Part shown: piece after piece, positions 39,642 through 48,212 of the stretch
How the letters are laid out: each line of letters starts with the position of its first letter
Position numbering within the stretch: the stretch's first letter is position 1
Origin: Candidatus Fermentibacteraceae bacterium
GTDB taxonomy: Bacteria; Fermentibacterota; Fermentibacteria; Fermentibacterales; JCC-6
DNA length: 64,000 nt
NCBI GenBank assembly: GCA_041750285.1
Contig: JBGSZS010000020.1
Coordinates: 1-64,000, forward strand
Reading direction: 5' to 3'
Notes under the pieces: generated by a model
What the model was told of the DNA's origin: nothing
Databases searched by the model: none
What the model saw: the letters and a program-made list of their open reading frames with translations, nothing else
Position numbers and translations under genes: made by a program

Positions 39642-40393
39642 CCGAAAAACCTCCTGACATGATTCAGTGCAGTCCGGAACAGCTCGTCCCGAACCGTGAG
39701 ACCCGTCCAGAAGGAGAAGGACAATGCCGCCTGCCGTACGAGCATGGACTCACCGGTTATCACCGGTATTCCCCTTGCCGACAGGCTGTTCCTCCACCTC
39801 CAGCCCGGGTTGTAGTTCAGATCCATGAAAGCCCATCCCACAGGCGGGGTCAGGGGAAAAGGATCGTCGTTCCTCCAGCCCAGGGGTGTGGCGTTCACCA
39901 CGGTGCCGACCTCCCCGGCAAGGTAGCTGACAGCCCGGGAGAACGGCAGATGTTCAGGCCGGGAGGGGTTTCTCGTGAACACACGGTACTCGCGTCCCTC
40001 GAGAGCGGCGCATACCGCCTGTGAGGCCCCTCCCGCGCCAACCACGGCGAATGGGGACGGCAGCCCGGAGGCTTCGAACGAAAAGGCCTCCGTATCAGTG
40101 TTGTGGCCGAGAAGAAGGCCGCATTCGGTCTTCACTGCGTTCACTGCACCGGTAGCATCCGAGGCGGCCGTTTTACTGTCGCACAGTTCGAAAACGCGCC
40201 TCTTGTATGGCATTGTGACGTTGAGCCCCCGGTAATCCCCTTTCCTGAGCGCGTCAAGCACAACCCGCAGAGATTCCGGGGGTGTGGGCAGAAGCTCATA
40301 CGAGCCTTCGATGCCGCACTCCCTGAGAAACACCTCATGGATCACCGGAGAAAGCGAATGGGCGACCGGAAAACCGACAAGACCCAGTTTCAC
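39638..40393 (-). CDS. aroE: Shikimate dehydrogenase
   Basis: G.PVAHSLSP.IH, GLNVTMPYK, GAVNAV, GHNTD, GAGGA, NATPLG, DLNY, MLVRQA; GTG 40393 overlaps upstream stop. Confidence 0.92.
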   Translation of the reverse strand: MKLGLVGFPVAHSLSPVIHEVFLRECGIEGSYELLPTPPESLRVVLDALRKGDYRGLNVTMPYKRRVFELCDSKTAASDATGAVNAVKTECGLLLGHNTDTEAFSFEASGLPSPFAVVGAGGASQAVCAALEGREYRVFTRNPSRPEHLPFSRAVSYLAGEVGTVVNATPLGWRNDDPFPLTPPVGWAFMDLNYNPGWRWRNSLSARGIPVITGESMLVRQAALSFSFWTGLTVRDELFRTALNHVRRFFG

Positions 40394-41613
40394 GGGTGCC
40401 TCTTCCTTCTGATCCATGCGAAGAGCCTGAACATGGCGGCGGAAAGGCCACGGGGCGCGTGAAACACCGGTTCGAGGAGGTCGGTTCCAGGAGGAAGCTC
40501 GAGGGACATGGGACTTCCCGGGTATATCCTGATGGTGCCGATGTTCACGAAGGTGTCTCGGTAACCCAGGAACAGCCTTGCCCTGATCATGAAGAAGAGC
40601 TTCTGAAGAAGGGCGATGAACCCTTCTCCCGGATTCCCGTTGAAGAAGTTCACACCAACTGAAAGGCCGGCCTTCCTTGCGTTCCTGACGACGGAGTAAA
40701 GGGAACGCCCGTTGCCGGGCTTCCCCAGGAGACGAAGCCCCTTCTGCGTGATGGCGTCAGGGGAGAAGTCGACCCAACGGCACCCGTTTTCCCGGAGAAG
40801 GGTGAGGAAGTCGGAAGGGACCCCGTCCGACAGCCAGGCGCCCCACTCGAGCCCGGCACGCTTCTCCCCCACCGCGCGGGTCAGTTCCCGGGCGTACTGG
40901 AGGGGATGATCGAACACCGAATCAACGAACATGAAGGTCTTCACACCCAGCCGGCCCAGTTCAGCGACATCGGCAGCCACTGCATGCGCCGGGCGGAGCC
41001 TCCATGACCTGCCACCGATGTGCCCGTAGGTGCAGTATCTGCAACCGAAAGGGCACCCCCTGCGGCTCTGCACCCCGATGGCCCCCTTCCCGGGGTAGTC
41101 GGAAACGGGAAAGAGCGTGTAATCGGGGTTCAGGAGATCGGAGGTCGAAGGCCTGGCCGGCAGGAGCAGCCTGCCCGGGAGTGGACCTCCCCGCTCGATC
41201 GAGCCGATCAGCCCCGGGAAGGCAAGTTCCCCCTCCCCAGCCACACCGAAGTCGATCCGCGGCCACAGGGACAGGATCCTCTCCGCGTATATCGAAAAGC
41301 CGGGGCCGCCTGTGATCACGCTGCCGGAGAAGCCTGAAAGCTCGTCCATTATCTCTCCGAAGGCGTTGAGATATGACCAGGTGACCGGCCAGCTGCTGTC
41401 ATCTATGTTCCGGAGGGAGATGGCGGCAGCGTTCGGGCTGCAGGAATGCAGGGCCTGCCGGAGGTCTTCCCGGCAGTCCCGGGAGAGGCTGAGATCGATC
41501 CCCAGGCACTCGTGTCCCGAGGCCTTGAGGTGTGACGAAAGGAACGCCAGACCCAGGGGGTAGATCGGGGTCTCCCTTCTGCCGGTGGGAGACTGTATCA
41601 GGAGCACCTTCAT
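40390..41613 (-). CDS. Cobalamin-binding radical SAM protein
   Basis: YPLGLAFL, ISLRNID, GGPGFS, GEGE, QSRRGCPFGCRYCTY, FVDSVF. Confidence 0.88.
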   Translation of the reverse strand: MKVLLIQSPTGRRETPIYPLGLAFLSSHLKASGHECLGIDLSLSRDCREDLRQALHSCSPNAAAISLRNIDDSSWPVTWSYLNAFGEIMDELSGFSGSVITGGPGFSIYAERILSLWPRIDFGVAGEGELAFPGLIGSIERGGPLPGRLLLPARPSTSDLLNPDYTLFPVSDYPGKGAIGVQSRRGCPFGCRYCTYGHIGGRSWRLRPAHAVAADVAELGRLGVKTFMFVDSVFDHPLQYARELTRAVGEKRAGLEWGAWLSDGVPSDFLTLLRENGCRWVDFSPDAITQKGLRLLGKPGNGRSLYSVVRNARKAGLSVGVNFFNGNPGEGFIALLQKLFFMIRARLFLGYRDTFVNIGTIRIYPGSPMSLELPPGTDLLEPVFHAPRGLSAAMFRLFAWIRRKRHP

Positions 41614-41635
41614 GAAACCACCCTTCCCGGGGGAT

Positions 41636-41663
41636 TTGACCGGACCGGAATAAAAACTATAAT
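41636..41663 (+). promoter_or_regulatory. Putative sigma-70 promoter of the CAP/HD-GYP operon, probably leaderless
   Basis: TTGACC (41636-41641), 16 bp, perfect TATAAT (41658-41663); in-frame ATG at 41671. Confidence 0.7.
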
Positions 41664-41670
41664 GAAAAGC

Positions 41671-42585
41671 ATGGTAAGCGGCCTGATCTCGACGCTGGTG
41701 ACCGCGGCAGCCCTGTCGGGGGGAAGGTACGCATCCCTTGACAGTCTGGCATCGTCCATAATGAAACTCGACCGGATACCCGCCGGCGCCGACCTTCTGC
41801 GCCATGCCGCAAGGGCCGGGTGGTTCTGGCCCCTGGGCGCCGTAGAGGTGCAACGGGAACCCGCGGGGACGATTCCCGATTCCCTCGCATGGGGTCTTGC
41901 GGAATCCGATGAGGGAGTCTGTCTGGTAACCGCTCCACCACCATTGTTTTCGCTTCTGCTACCCATACCGGCCTCTGTGGAACCCGGCGACACGGTCCGT
42001 GTCATGCCCGCCGGTGATCCGCCGGAAATGCGTGGAGCGGTTCTCTCACCATCCCTTCAGATCCTGCCGGTCGCTGGGGGGACCATCGTACCAGACCGCG
42101 AGGGAACATGGTGGCTCGAGTTCATGTCCGAGACCGATTTCGGACCCCAGGTCCAGATGCTCACCCCGATCGCCGTGGGAGCTCCGGGTGCGTGGCCGGG
42201 GAATGGGTGGAGTGGAACCGAGATCCTCAGGGGATTGAACAATCTGAGAGGAAAGCTGCGGGTTTCCGCCCTTTCGGAAAGCCCGTTCCTCAACGGGCTG
42301 GCCTCACTGAGAGCGAGACAGGCGAGAAGCTGGGGAGGTGCGTTCCACAGTTACCCGGGCAGCGCCGGAACCAGTGAGATGATGCCCCCATCGTACGGAG
42401 GGTGGGCCGAGAACATCGCCGTGGGTTCCAGCGTTGCGGAGGCAGTTGAAATGATACTGATAAGCCCGTTTCACCTGGCGTCGTGCATCGACGGCAGGTA
42501 TTCATTCATGGGCATGGGAAGCGTTTCGGGCCACGAAGGGACAGTTCTCGTGATCATTCTCTCCGAGTCATCGGGAAACCAGTGA
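41671..42585 (+). CDS. Exported CAP (SCP/PR-1) domain protein
   Basis: Signal peptide; LN.LR....L...L..LA, FHS, WAENIA.G, SPFH, YSFMGMG. Confidence 0.8.
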   Translation: MVSGLISTLVTAAALSGGRYASLDSLASSIMKLDRIPAGADLLRHAARAGWFWPLGAVEVQREPAGTIPDSLAWGLAESDEGVCLVTAPPPLFSLLLPIPASVEPGDTVRVMPAGDPPEMRGAVLSPSLQILPVAGGTIVPDREGTWWLEFMSETDFGPQVQMLTPIAVGAPGAWPGNGWSGTEILRGLNNLRGKLRVSALSESPFLNGLASLRARQARSWGGAFHSYPGSAGTSEMMPPSYGGWAENIAVGSSVAEAVEMILISPFHLASCIDGRYSFMGMGSVSGHEGTVLVIILSESSGNQ

Positions 42586-44132
42586 TGAGAGGTGCAGGCT
42601 CCTCCCTGACGGTTGCCCTGTCCATGCTGGCCGGCATCATCACAATTGCCGGAGCGGTCTGCTTCGCCGTTAATCCAGTGGTGACCCTCATACTTGCCAT
42701 CACCGCCTTCGTGAGCTCGGGGATCCACATAATCTACCGCGACCGCGAGTACGAGACCCTTCACACCATGCTGATGTTCCTGTGTTTCTGGTACGGCGGC
42801 CCGGTTTCCGGATTGTTCTCGGCGCTCATCCTTGCCTCGGGTTCCGTACAGGGTGCGACGGGTACACCCAGAGCTGGGGTGTTTCACATTGTCACGTCGG
42901 TCCAGGCCCTTCTCATCCTGCCCTTTGCCCTTCTCCTCCCCCGCAGCGGGCTTGCCTTTCCTTCGCCGGCCTACCTTCTCCTGATCCCCCTGCTCTACCT
43001 CGCCAGAAGGCTTTCTTCAACCGGGCCTTCCGCAGGGCGGTTCAGGAACCTGGCATTCCTTGGCTTCCTGACCAACGTACCCGCAGTCCTCCTGGCGGTT
43101 CATCTCACCGACACCTTCGGCCCCGCCGCAACCGCCTTCCTCTGCCTGCTCTGCATTCTCTACCTCTTCCTCGTCCGGAAGGAGACGGCCGAGATCGGCA
43201 GGCGCACCGTCCGGCTCATGAGGCTCACTGAGCACGACATGATCTCCCGCGAGCTGCTTTCGGCTTCCTCACTCTCCGCCTTCGTTGCAGCCATAGAAAC
43301 ACTCACGGGAGAGGGGTTGTCGTTCTACGAGAAACTCCCCGATGGCTGGAGCGTCTGGACCTCGAAGGGATGCAGCGCTGCCGATGATCCCTCCGCGCTC
43401 CACATCAGGGGTCCTGTCTTCGTTCCTGCATGTGTTCAAGGTCTTTGGATCGCTGCGGAGGGTGAGGCCGCGCTCAGGATATCGACCCTTTTTGCCGATG
43501 AAATTGTCGATTTCGGCGAGCAGATAGCACGGTCATGGCAGGTTGTCTCGGCCAGGATTCACCAGGAAGAGGCGCTTTTCAGCGTGGCGCTCCTTCTGGC
43601 GCGCATAGCGGACCTGAAGGACAGGTACACGAAGATGCACTCACTCAGGGTTGCGGGTATTTCAACATCCATTGGCCGGGAACTTGGTCTTTCCGACACC
43701 GAGATCAGCATGCTCAGAACCGGAGCGCTCCTTCACGACATCGGAAAGGTCAGCCTTCCCTCAGAGATCCTGGGGAAGAAGGGGATACTGACCTCGAGGG
43801 AAAGAATGGTCATCAAAAGCCATCCCGTTGAGGGCGCGGCACTGGTTTCAAGGCTCAGCCGCTTTGCAAGGGCTGCCGAAACCGTTCTGCATCACCACGA
43901 GAGGCTTGACGGAAGCGGATATCCAACAGGCCTGAGGGGTTCGGCCATCCCGCTTCACAGCAGGATCGTGGCGGTCGCCGACACCTTCGATGCCATAACG
44001 GCGTACAGGCCCTACCATCCCGAGGTCCAGTCCGGGAACGCACTGAAGGAGATCCAGGCGGGTCGCGGCACCCTGTACGACGCCCGGGTTGTGGATGCTC
44101 TCGGACACCTGGTGGAGAGGGGAACATGGTGA
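42585..44132 (+). CDS. Multi-TM membrane HD-GYP phosphodiesterase with intact motifs
   Basis: Multiple hydrophobic N-terminal segments; KDRYTKMHSLRV, LLHDIGK, HHERLDGSGYP, AVADTFDAIT.YRPY. Confidence 0.9.
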   Translation: MRGAGSSLTVALSMLAGIITIAGAVCFAVNPVVTLILAITAFVSSGIHIIYRDREYETLHTMLMFLCFWYGGPVSGLFSALILASGSVQGATGTPRAGVFHIVTSVQALLILPFALLLPRSGLAFPSPAYLLLIPLLYLARRLSSTGPSAGRFRNLAFLGFLTNVPAVLLAVHLTDTFGPAATAFLCLLCILYLFLVRKETAEIGRRTVRLMRLTEHDMISRELLSASSLSAFVAAIETLTGEGLSFYEKLPDGWSVWTSKGCSAADDPSALHIRGPVFVPACVQGLWIAAEGEAALRISTLFADEIVDFGEQIARSWQVVSARIHQEEALFSVALLLARIADLKDRYTKMHSLRVAGISTSIGRELGLSDTEISMLRTGALLHDIGKVSLPSEILGKKGILTSRERMVIKSHPVEGAALVSRLSRFARAAETVLHHHERLDGSGYPTGLRGSAIPLHSRIVAVADTFDAITAYRPYHPEVQSGNALKEIQAGRGTLYDARVVDALGHLVERGTW

Positions 44133-45655
44133 CCGACAGGGACCAGAGCCGCCCCGTATCACCTTTCATCGCAGCCGGTCTTCTTGCGGCAGCGCTATGC
44201 GTCGGAACCCCCTCTGCTCAGGGCATAAGCCTTCAGCAGCTTCCGGTTATGCTTGCCCTTTCCTCCTGCCTTCTCGTCTCGGTTCTGTTCACCGGCAACT
44301 CTGCTTCGGGCTCCCCCCTGAACACATTTCCATTCGCCCTGTCAATGGCGGTCACACTGCAGGGTTCCATGCCTGCCGCAATCGTATTCGCGCTTGTCAC
44401 CGGCTACGGCACCTTCTTTCTTGAGTCCAGCCGCGGCGGCGAGAGAACGCACGGCAGAAAGAGGGCTTTTGAACTTTTCGCGTCTGTCTTCCTCCTTTCC
44501 CGTGCACTTTCATTCACAAGGTTCCAACTGGAAGGTACGGATTTCGTCCACGGGCTTCCGATGAACATCCTTTCGCTGGTGCTCCTCACATGGCTCGCCA
44601 TGGCAGGGATGCGGCTGCTTCCGGCACCAAGGGAACTCAGGACATACTGGAACACCCATGTCCTGTTCAACCTCATTCCCATGCCCATGGTCATCCCAGT
44701 GCTTGAAGCCAGGGATGATCCGGAATCACTTCTGATACCCCTCGCTGGAACCGTCTTCCTCGTGGGCATAGTCCAGCTTGGTGCGTTCCTTCTGACGACA
44801 AGGCGCAGGGCGATCGAGCGCGGAATGGACATGGAGAGAGCCCTGGCCGAGCTCACAACGGAGTTGTCCACCGCCGGATCGGTGGCAACGGCGTTGAAGA
44901 TGATGCTTGAAAAACTGCTCAAGGGAAGCGGTGCTTCGAGGGTTACGGTCACCAATGCGAACCTGTCCGTGTCATTGCCGGTCAAACCATCTCCATCGGC
45001 GTGCACGGTCAGCAGAAGCCTCGCCGGGCTCACAGCCGTCCTCGATTACCCTGTGATGCCCCTGGTGAGCCCTGAGAGAGTCGATGCGTTCCTCACCAGA
45101 ACCGCCGTCATGCTTGAATGGATGGTTGTGTCCGAAAGCATCACCAGGGAAACATGGGAGAGCATTGAAGCCCTTGTGCTGTCACTTGAGAAAACCGATG
45201 AGAAGGTGGCAGACTTCAGCAAAAGGGTTGCAGCCACCGTAACCGAACTGGCCGAAAGGCTGGGTTTCGACAGCTGGTCGGTCAATTCGCTCAGGGTCGC
45301 ATCTCTCCTCCACGCAGGATCAGCGGCCATCCTGGGCGGTCTGGGGAACGAGGAGCCGCAGGCCATAAAATCGATGGGCCTTCCCCCCCTGACCATAGAC
45401 GCCCTCAGGTACCATGGCGAATGCTGGGACGGAACTGGAACCAACGGCCTGTCCGGGGAAGGTATCCCCATAAGCGCCAGGATCCTGGCTGCAGGCATTG
45501 GTTGGGAGAAAGCCTTCGCTGCGGGCGGTCTGAAAGAATCCAGCCGCGCCATGAGAATGGCAAGCGGACTCCTTTACGACCCCGCCCTTGCTTCCCTGCT
45601 TCTCGAGTTGAAGTCCGGGCGGCAGGGCCGCCCGGACACTTCCGTCAGTGGCTGA
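44126..45655 (+). CDS. Multi-TM membrane protein with degenerate HD-GYP domain
   Basis: TM N-half; EALV.SLE..D...FSKRVA, LLHAG, YHGECWDGTGTNGLSGE.IP.SARILAA, YDP.L. Confidence 0.8.
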   Translation: MVTDRDQSRPVSPFIAAGLLAAALCVGTPSAQGISLQQLPVMLALSSCLLVSVLFTGNSASGSPLNTFPFALSMAVTLQGSMPAAIVFALVTGYGTFFLESSRGGERTHGRKRAFELFASVFLLSRALSFTRFQLEGTDFVHGLPMNILSLVLLTWLAMAGMRLLPAPRELRTYWNTHVLFNLIPMPMVIPVLEARDDPESLLIPLAGTVFLVGIVQLGAFLLTTRRRAIERGMDMERALAELTTELSTAGSVATALKMMLEKLLKGSGASRVTVTNANLSVSLPVKPSPSACTVSRSLAGLTAVLDYPVMPLVSPERVDAFLTRTAVMLEWMVVSESITRETWESIEALVLSLEKTDEKVADFSKRVAATVTELAERLGFDSWSVNSLRVASLLHAGSAAILGGLGNEEPQAIKSMGLPPLTIDALRYHGECWDGTGTNGLSGEGIPISARILAAGIGWEKAFAAGGLKESSRAMRMASGLLYDPALASLLLELKSGRQGRPDTSVSG

Positions 45656-48212
45656 TGGTCAGCATTCCCTCGCTGTAGACCTCGTAGGTGCCGTCGATCG
45701 ATGGATCGGACAGCACTCCGTAGATGTAATAGCTTCCCTCCGGCACTGCCCCGCAATTCCAGGTGTAACTGCTCAGATACTCTGGGCAGCCCACGTCCCC
45801 CGCGATGGGCACGAGCCCACCCGAAGGGTCGGTGTCGGTGTCGTAGTAGAGGTCAACGGTGCGGCCGGCGGGACCGACCGAATACCATTCGAGGGTGTAG
45901 CTGTCATCCGCGGTGGCCCCCGGCGGAGGCGGTGAGTAGAACGCCATCCAGAGAGGTTCCCTGTCGATAGTAAGTGTTCCCTCACTGTAAGCGGTAAGGG
46001 TCTGCTGGGCGTTCTCGAGTTTGGCGTAGATGTAGTACACGCCCTCGGGAGCGGTCGAGCAGTCCCAGTCGAACTCGAAGGCATCCCACGAGAGACCGCT
46101 CTGGATCATCGTCATCCCGTTGGCCGGATTCGTGTCTTCGTCGTAGAAGAGCGTCACGGTTCCGCCATAGGGAGTGTCGGCCGCCCACTGGATCAGATAC
46201 TCGGTCTGCGCGTAGGCACCCCATGGTGGTGGAGCAGTGACAATGATGTAGTTGTACTCGTGCTGGACCGTAAGCACTCCGTCGCTGTAATCCCCGGCAA
46301 AGCCGTCGGTTCCCGGGACCGGTCCACCCCTGGAGGGATCGTAGATGGCTCCGTAAACGTACCAGTCGCCTTCGGGCACCATGATGGTGTTCCACTGGTA
46401 GGTGCCGGTATTGGCAAGACCCGATGCGATGGGGAACATTTCCGAAGGGTCCGTATCGTCGTCGTAGTAGAGCGCGACAAGGCTTCCCGTTCCACCCGAG
46501 GCCGTCCAGCCAACGGTGTAGCTGCTGTCGGCGGAAGCTCCCCCGGCTGGCGGGGCGGTTACTGTCATGGAGTACAGAGAATGGTCGATCGTGAGCGTTC
46601 CCTGGCTCCATCCGCTTCCCGAACCTCGCCACAGGTCGGGGTGCCTTTCCCTTGTGTCGGTCACGAACCCGTAGATCCAGTAGACACCTTCGGACACACC
46701 GGTGCAGTCCCAATCGTACTGCCCGGCGTTGGGCGTTCCCATGACTATCGGGTTAAGGGTTCCTCCCGGCTCGTTTGACGTGCTGTAGAAGAGGTAGACC
46801 CAGGTGGAACCGTACGGGGCGTCGGTTTCCCACTCAAGGGTGTACTGGTCATCTGCGACTGCGCCTTCCTGGGGGGGAGCCGTTATCGTGAACGAGTAGA
46901 GTTCCTCGTGAGTGACGGTAACGGTCCCGCTGCTCCAGTCGCTGCCAAGTCCCCTGTCGGTGAGGGCCGCGAAGACGAACCAGGCGCCCTCGGGAACCAT
47001 TGATGTATCCCAGAGGTGCTCTCCCGAGTTCAGCACACCGGATGCAACCGGGTAAAGGGGAGCGCCGGTGGTGTCTGCAGCGTAGAAGAGGCTGAGCGTT
47101 GCCGAAGGTGGAGCGTCGGACTCCCATTCCACCAGGTAACTGCCATCGGCCTGCCCGCCCTCGGGAGGTGGTGCTGTCACTGTCACATGGAACTGGCTGT
47201 CATGAGTTATCGTCAGCATGCCATCGCTGTAGTCCGACGCCAGTACTCCCCGGGTGAGGTTGCGGATCAGTCGTGTCAGCCGTCCTCTCCCTTCGGGCTC
47301 GACGAGCTGGGCATGGACATAGTAAGAGCCCCCGGGCACCGAGGAACAGTCCCATGTATAGAAGCCGTCATTGTAAAGGCCGGAAGAGATCGGCTGCAGC
47401 CCGCCCGCGGGATCATCGTCCACATCGTACCAGAGCGATACAGTGGTGCCCTGGGGAGCCTCGCTGACCCATTCGATCGTGTAGAAGCCGTCTGCGCTGT
47501 CACCGGCTGCCGGAGGCTTCAGGACCGTGATCCAGGCAGGGGTCCCGTGGTCGATCTGCAGCATCCCGGGGCTGTAGGCGTAGGCGGAATTCTCACCGTC
47601 GGTAATCCCGGCGCGAACGTAGTAGTAGCCTTCGGGTACCGCGGTGCAGTCCCACTTGTACTCACCCGTATCGGGCAGGCCGCCGGCGATCTCGGTCAGT
47701 CCCTGGTCGGGCAGTGTGTCTGTGTCGAACCACAGGGTAACCGTTCCATCCGGGAATCCCGACGAGACCCACAGGATGCTGTATGTGTCATCGGCCTGGG
47801 CGCCCTCCGCCGGCGGGGCTGTGATGACCATGCCTTGTTCGCCCTGCGAATGGTCCACGGTAAGGGTGCCGTCGGAATAGTCGGATGCGGCGTTCATCCC
47901 GCTCGTGAGAACGGCCCTCACGTAGTAGGTCCCGTTTGGGACCTGCGAAAGGTCCCAGGAATGGCTCCCCGAGACCTGAAGGCCGGACGCGATCAACTGC
48001 TGGCCGGTCGGGCTCTGCACGGTATTGTAGTAGAGGGCCACGGTGCCGTCGCCCTGTCCCGTCCAGGCCACCGTGTAGGTGTCGGTGGCCTCTGCGCCTC
48101 CTGCGGGGGGGGCCGTGACCGTTACGGAGAGTGTCTCGGATGGTCCTGCAGGGTCGTCCCCACAGGAGAGAAGCGCTACGCAGAACGCGGTGGCAAGGAG
48201 CTTCCTGATCAC
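45645..48212 (-). CDS. Acidic surface lipoprotein with eight tandem ~100-aa Ig-like (Kre9/KNH1-like, Ser-Thr-rich GPI family-like) repeats
   Basis: Lipobox LLSC; repeat consensus VTAPP.GG..AD..Y...W.....V.LYYD.D..P.....I..G..N.G.Y.WD.S.VPEG.YYVY...YS.G.LTI.H seen 8 times. Confidence 0.85.
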   Translation of the reverse strand: MIRKLLATAFCVALLSCGDDPAGPSETLSVTVTAPPAGGAEATDTYTVAWTGQGDGTVALYYNTVQSPTGQQLIASGLQVSGSHSWDLSQVPNGTYYVRAVLTSGMNAASDYSDGTLTVDHSQGEQGMVITAPPAEGAQADDTYSILWVSSGFPDGTVTLWFDTDTLPDQGLTEIAGGLPDTGEYKWDCTAVPEGYYYVRAGITDGENSAYAYSPGMLQIDHGTPAWITVLKPPAAGDSADGFYTIEWVSEAPQGTTVSLWYDVDDDPAGGLQPISSGLYNDGFYTWDCSSVPGGSYYVHAQLVEPEGRGRLTRLIRNLTRGVLASDYSDGMLTITHDSQFHVTVTAPPPEGGQADGSYLVEWESDAPPSATLSLFYAADTTGAPLYPVASGVLNSGEHLWDTSMVPEGAWFVFAALTDRGLGSDWSSGTVTVTHEELYSFTITAPPQEGAVADDQYTLEWETDAPYGSTWVYLFYSTSNEPGGTLNPIVMGTPNAGQYDWDCTGVSEGVYWIYGFVTDTRERHPDLWRGSGSGWSQGTLTIDHSLYSMTVTAPPAGGASADSSYTVGWTASGGTGSLVALYYDDDTDPSEMFPIASGLANTGTYQWNTIMVPEGDWYVYGAIYDPSRGGPVPGTDGFAGDYSDGVLTVQHEYNYIIVTAPPPWGAYAQTEYLIQWAADTPYGGTVTLFYDEDTNPANGMTMIQSGLSWDAFEFDWDCSTAPEGVYYIYAKLENAQQTLTAYSEGTLTIDREPLWMAFYSPPPPGATADDSYTLEWYSVGPAGRTVDLYYDTDTDPSGGLVPIAGDVGCPEYLSSYTWNCGAVPEGSYYIYGVLSDPSIDGTYEVYSEGMLTISH

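Noticed and set aside
45645..48212. Repeats as a CRISPR array or diversity-generating retroelement target
   Set aside because: Repeats are ~300-bp protein-level and strongly diverged in DNA; no identical short repeats with spacers, no TR/VR pair and no reverse transcriptase
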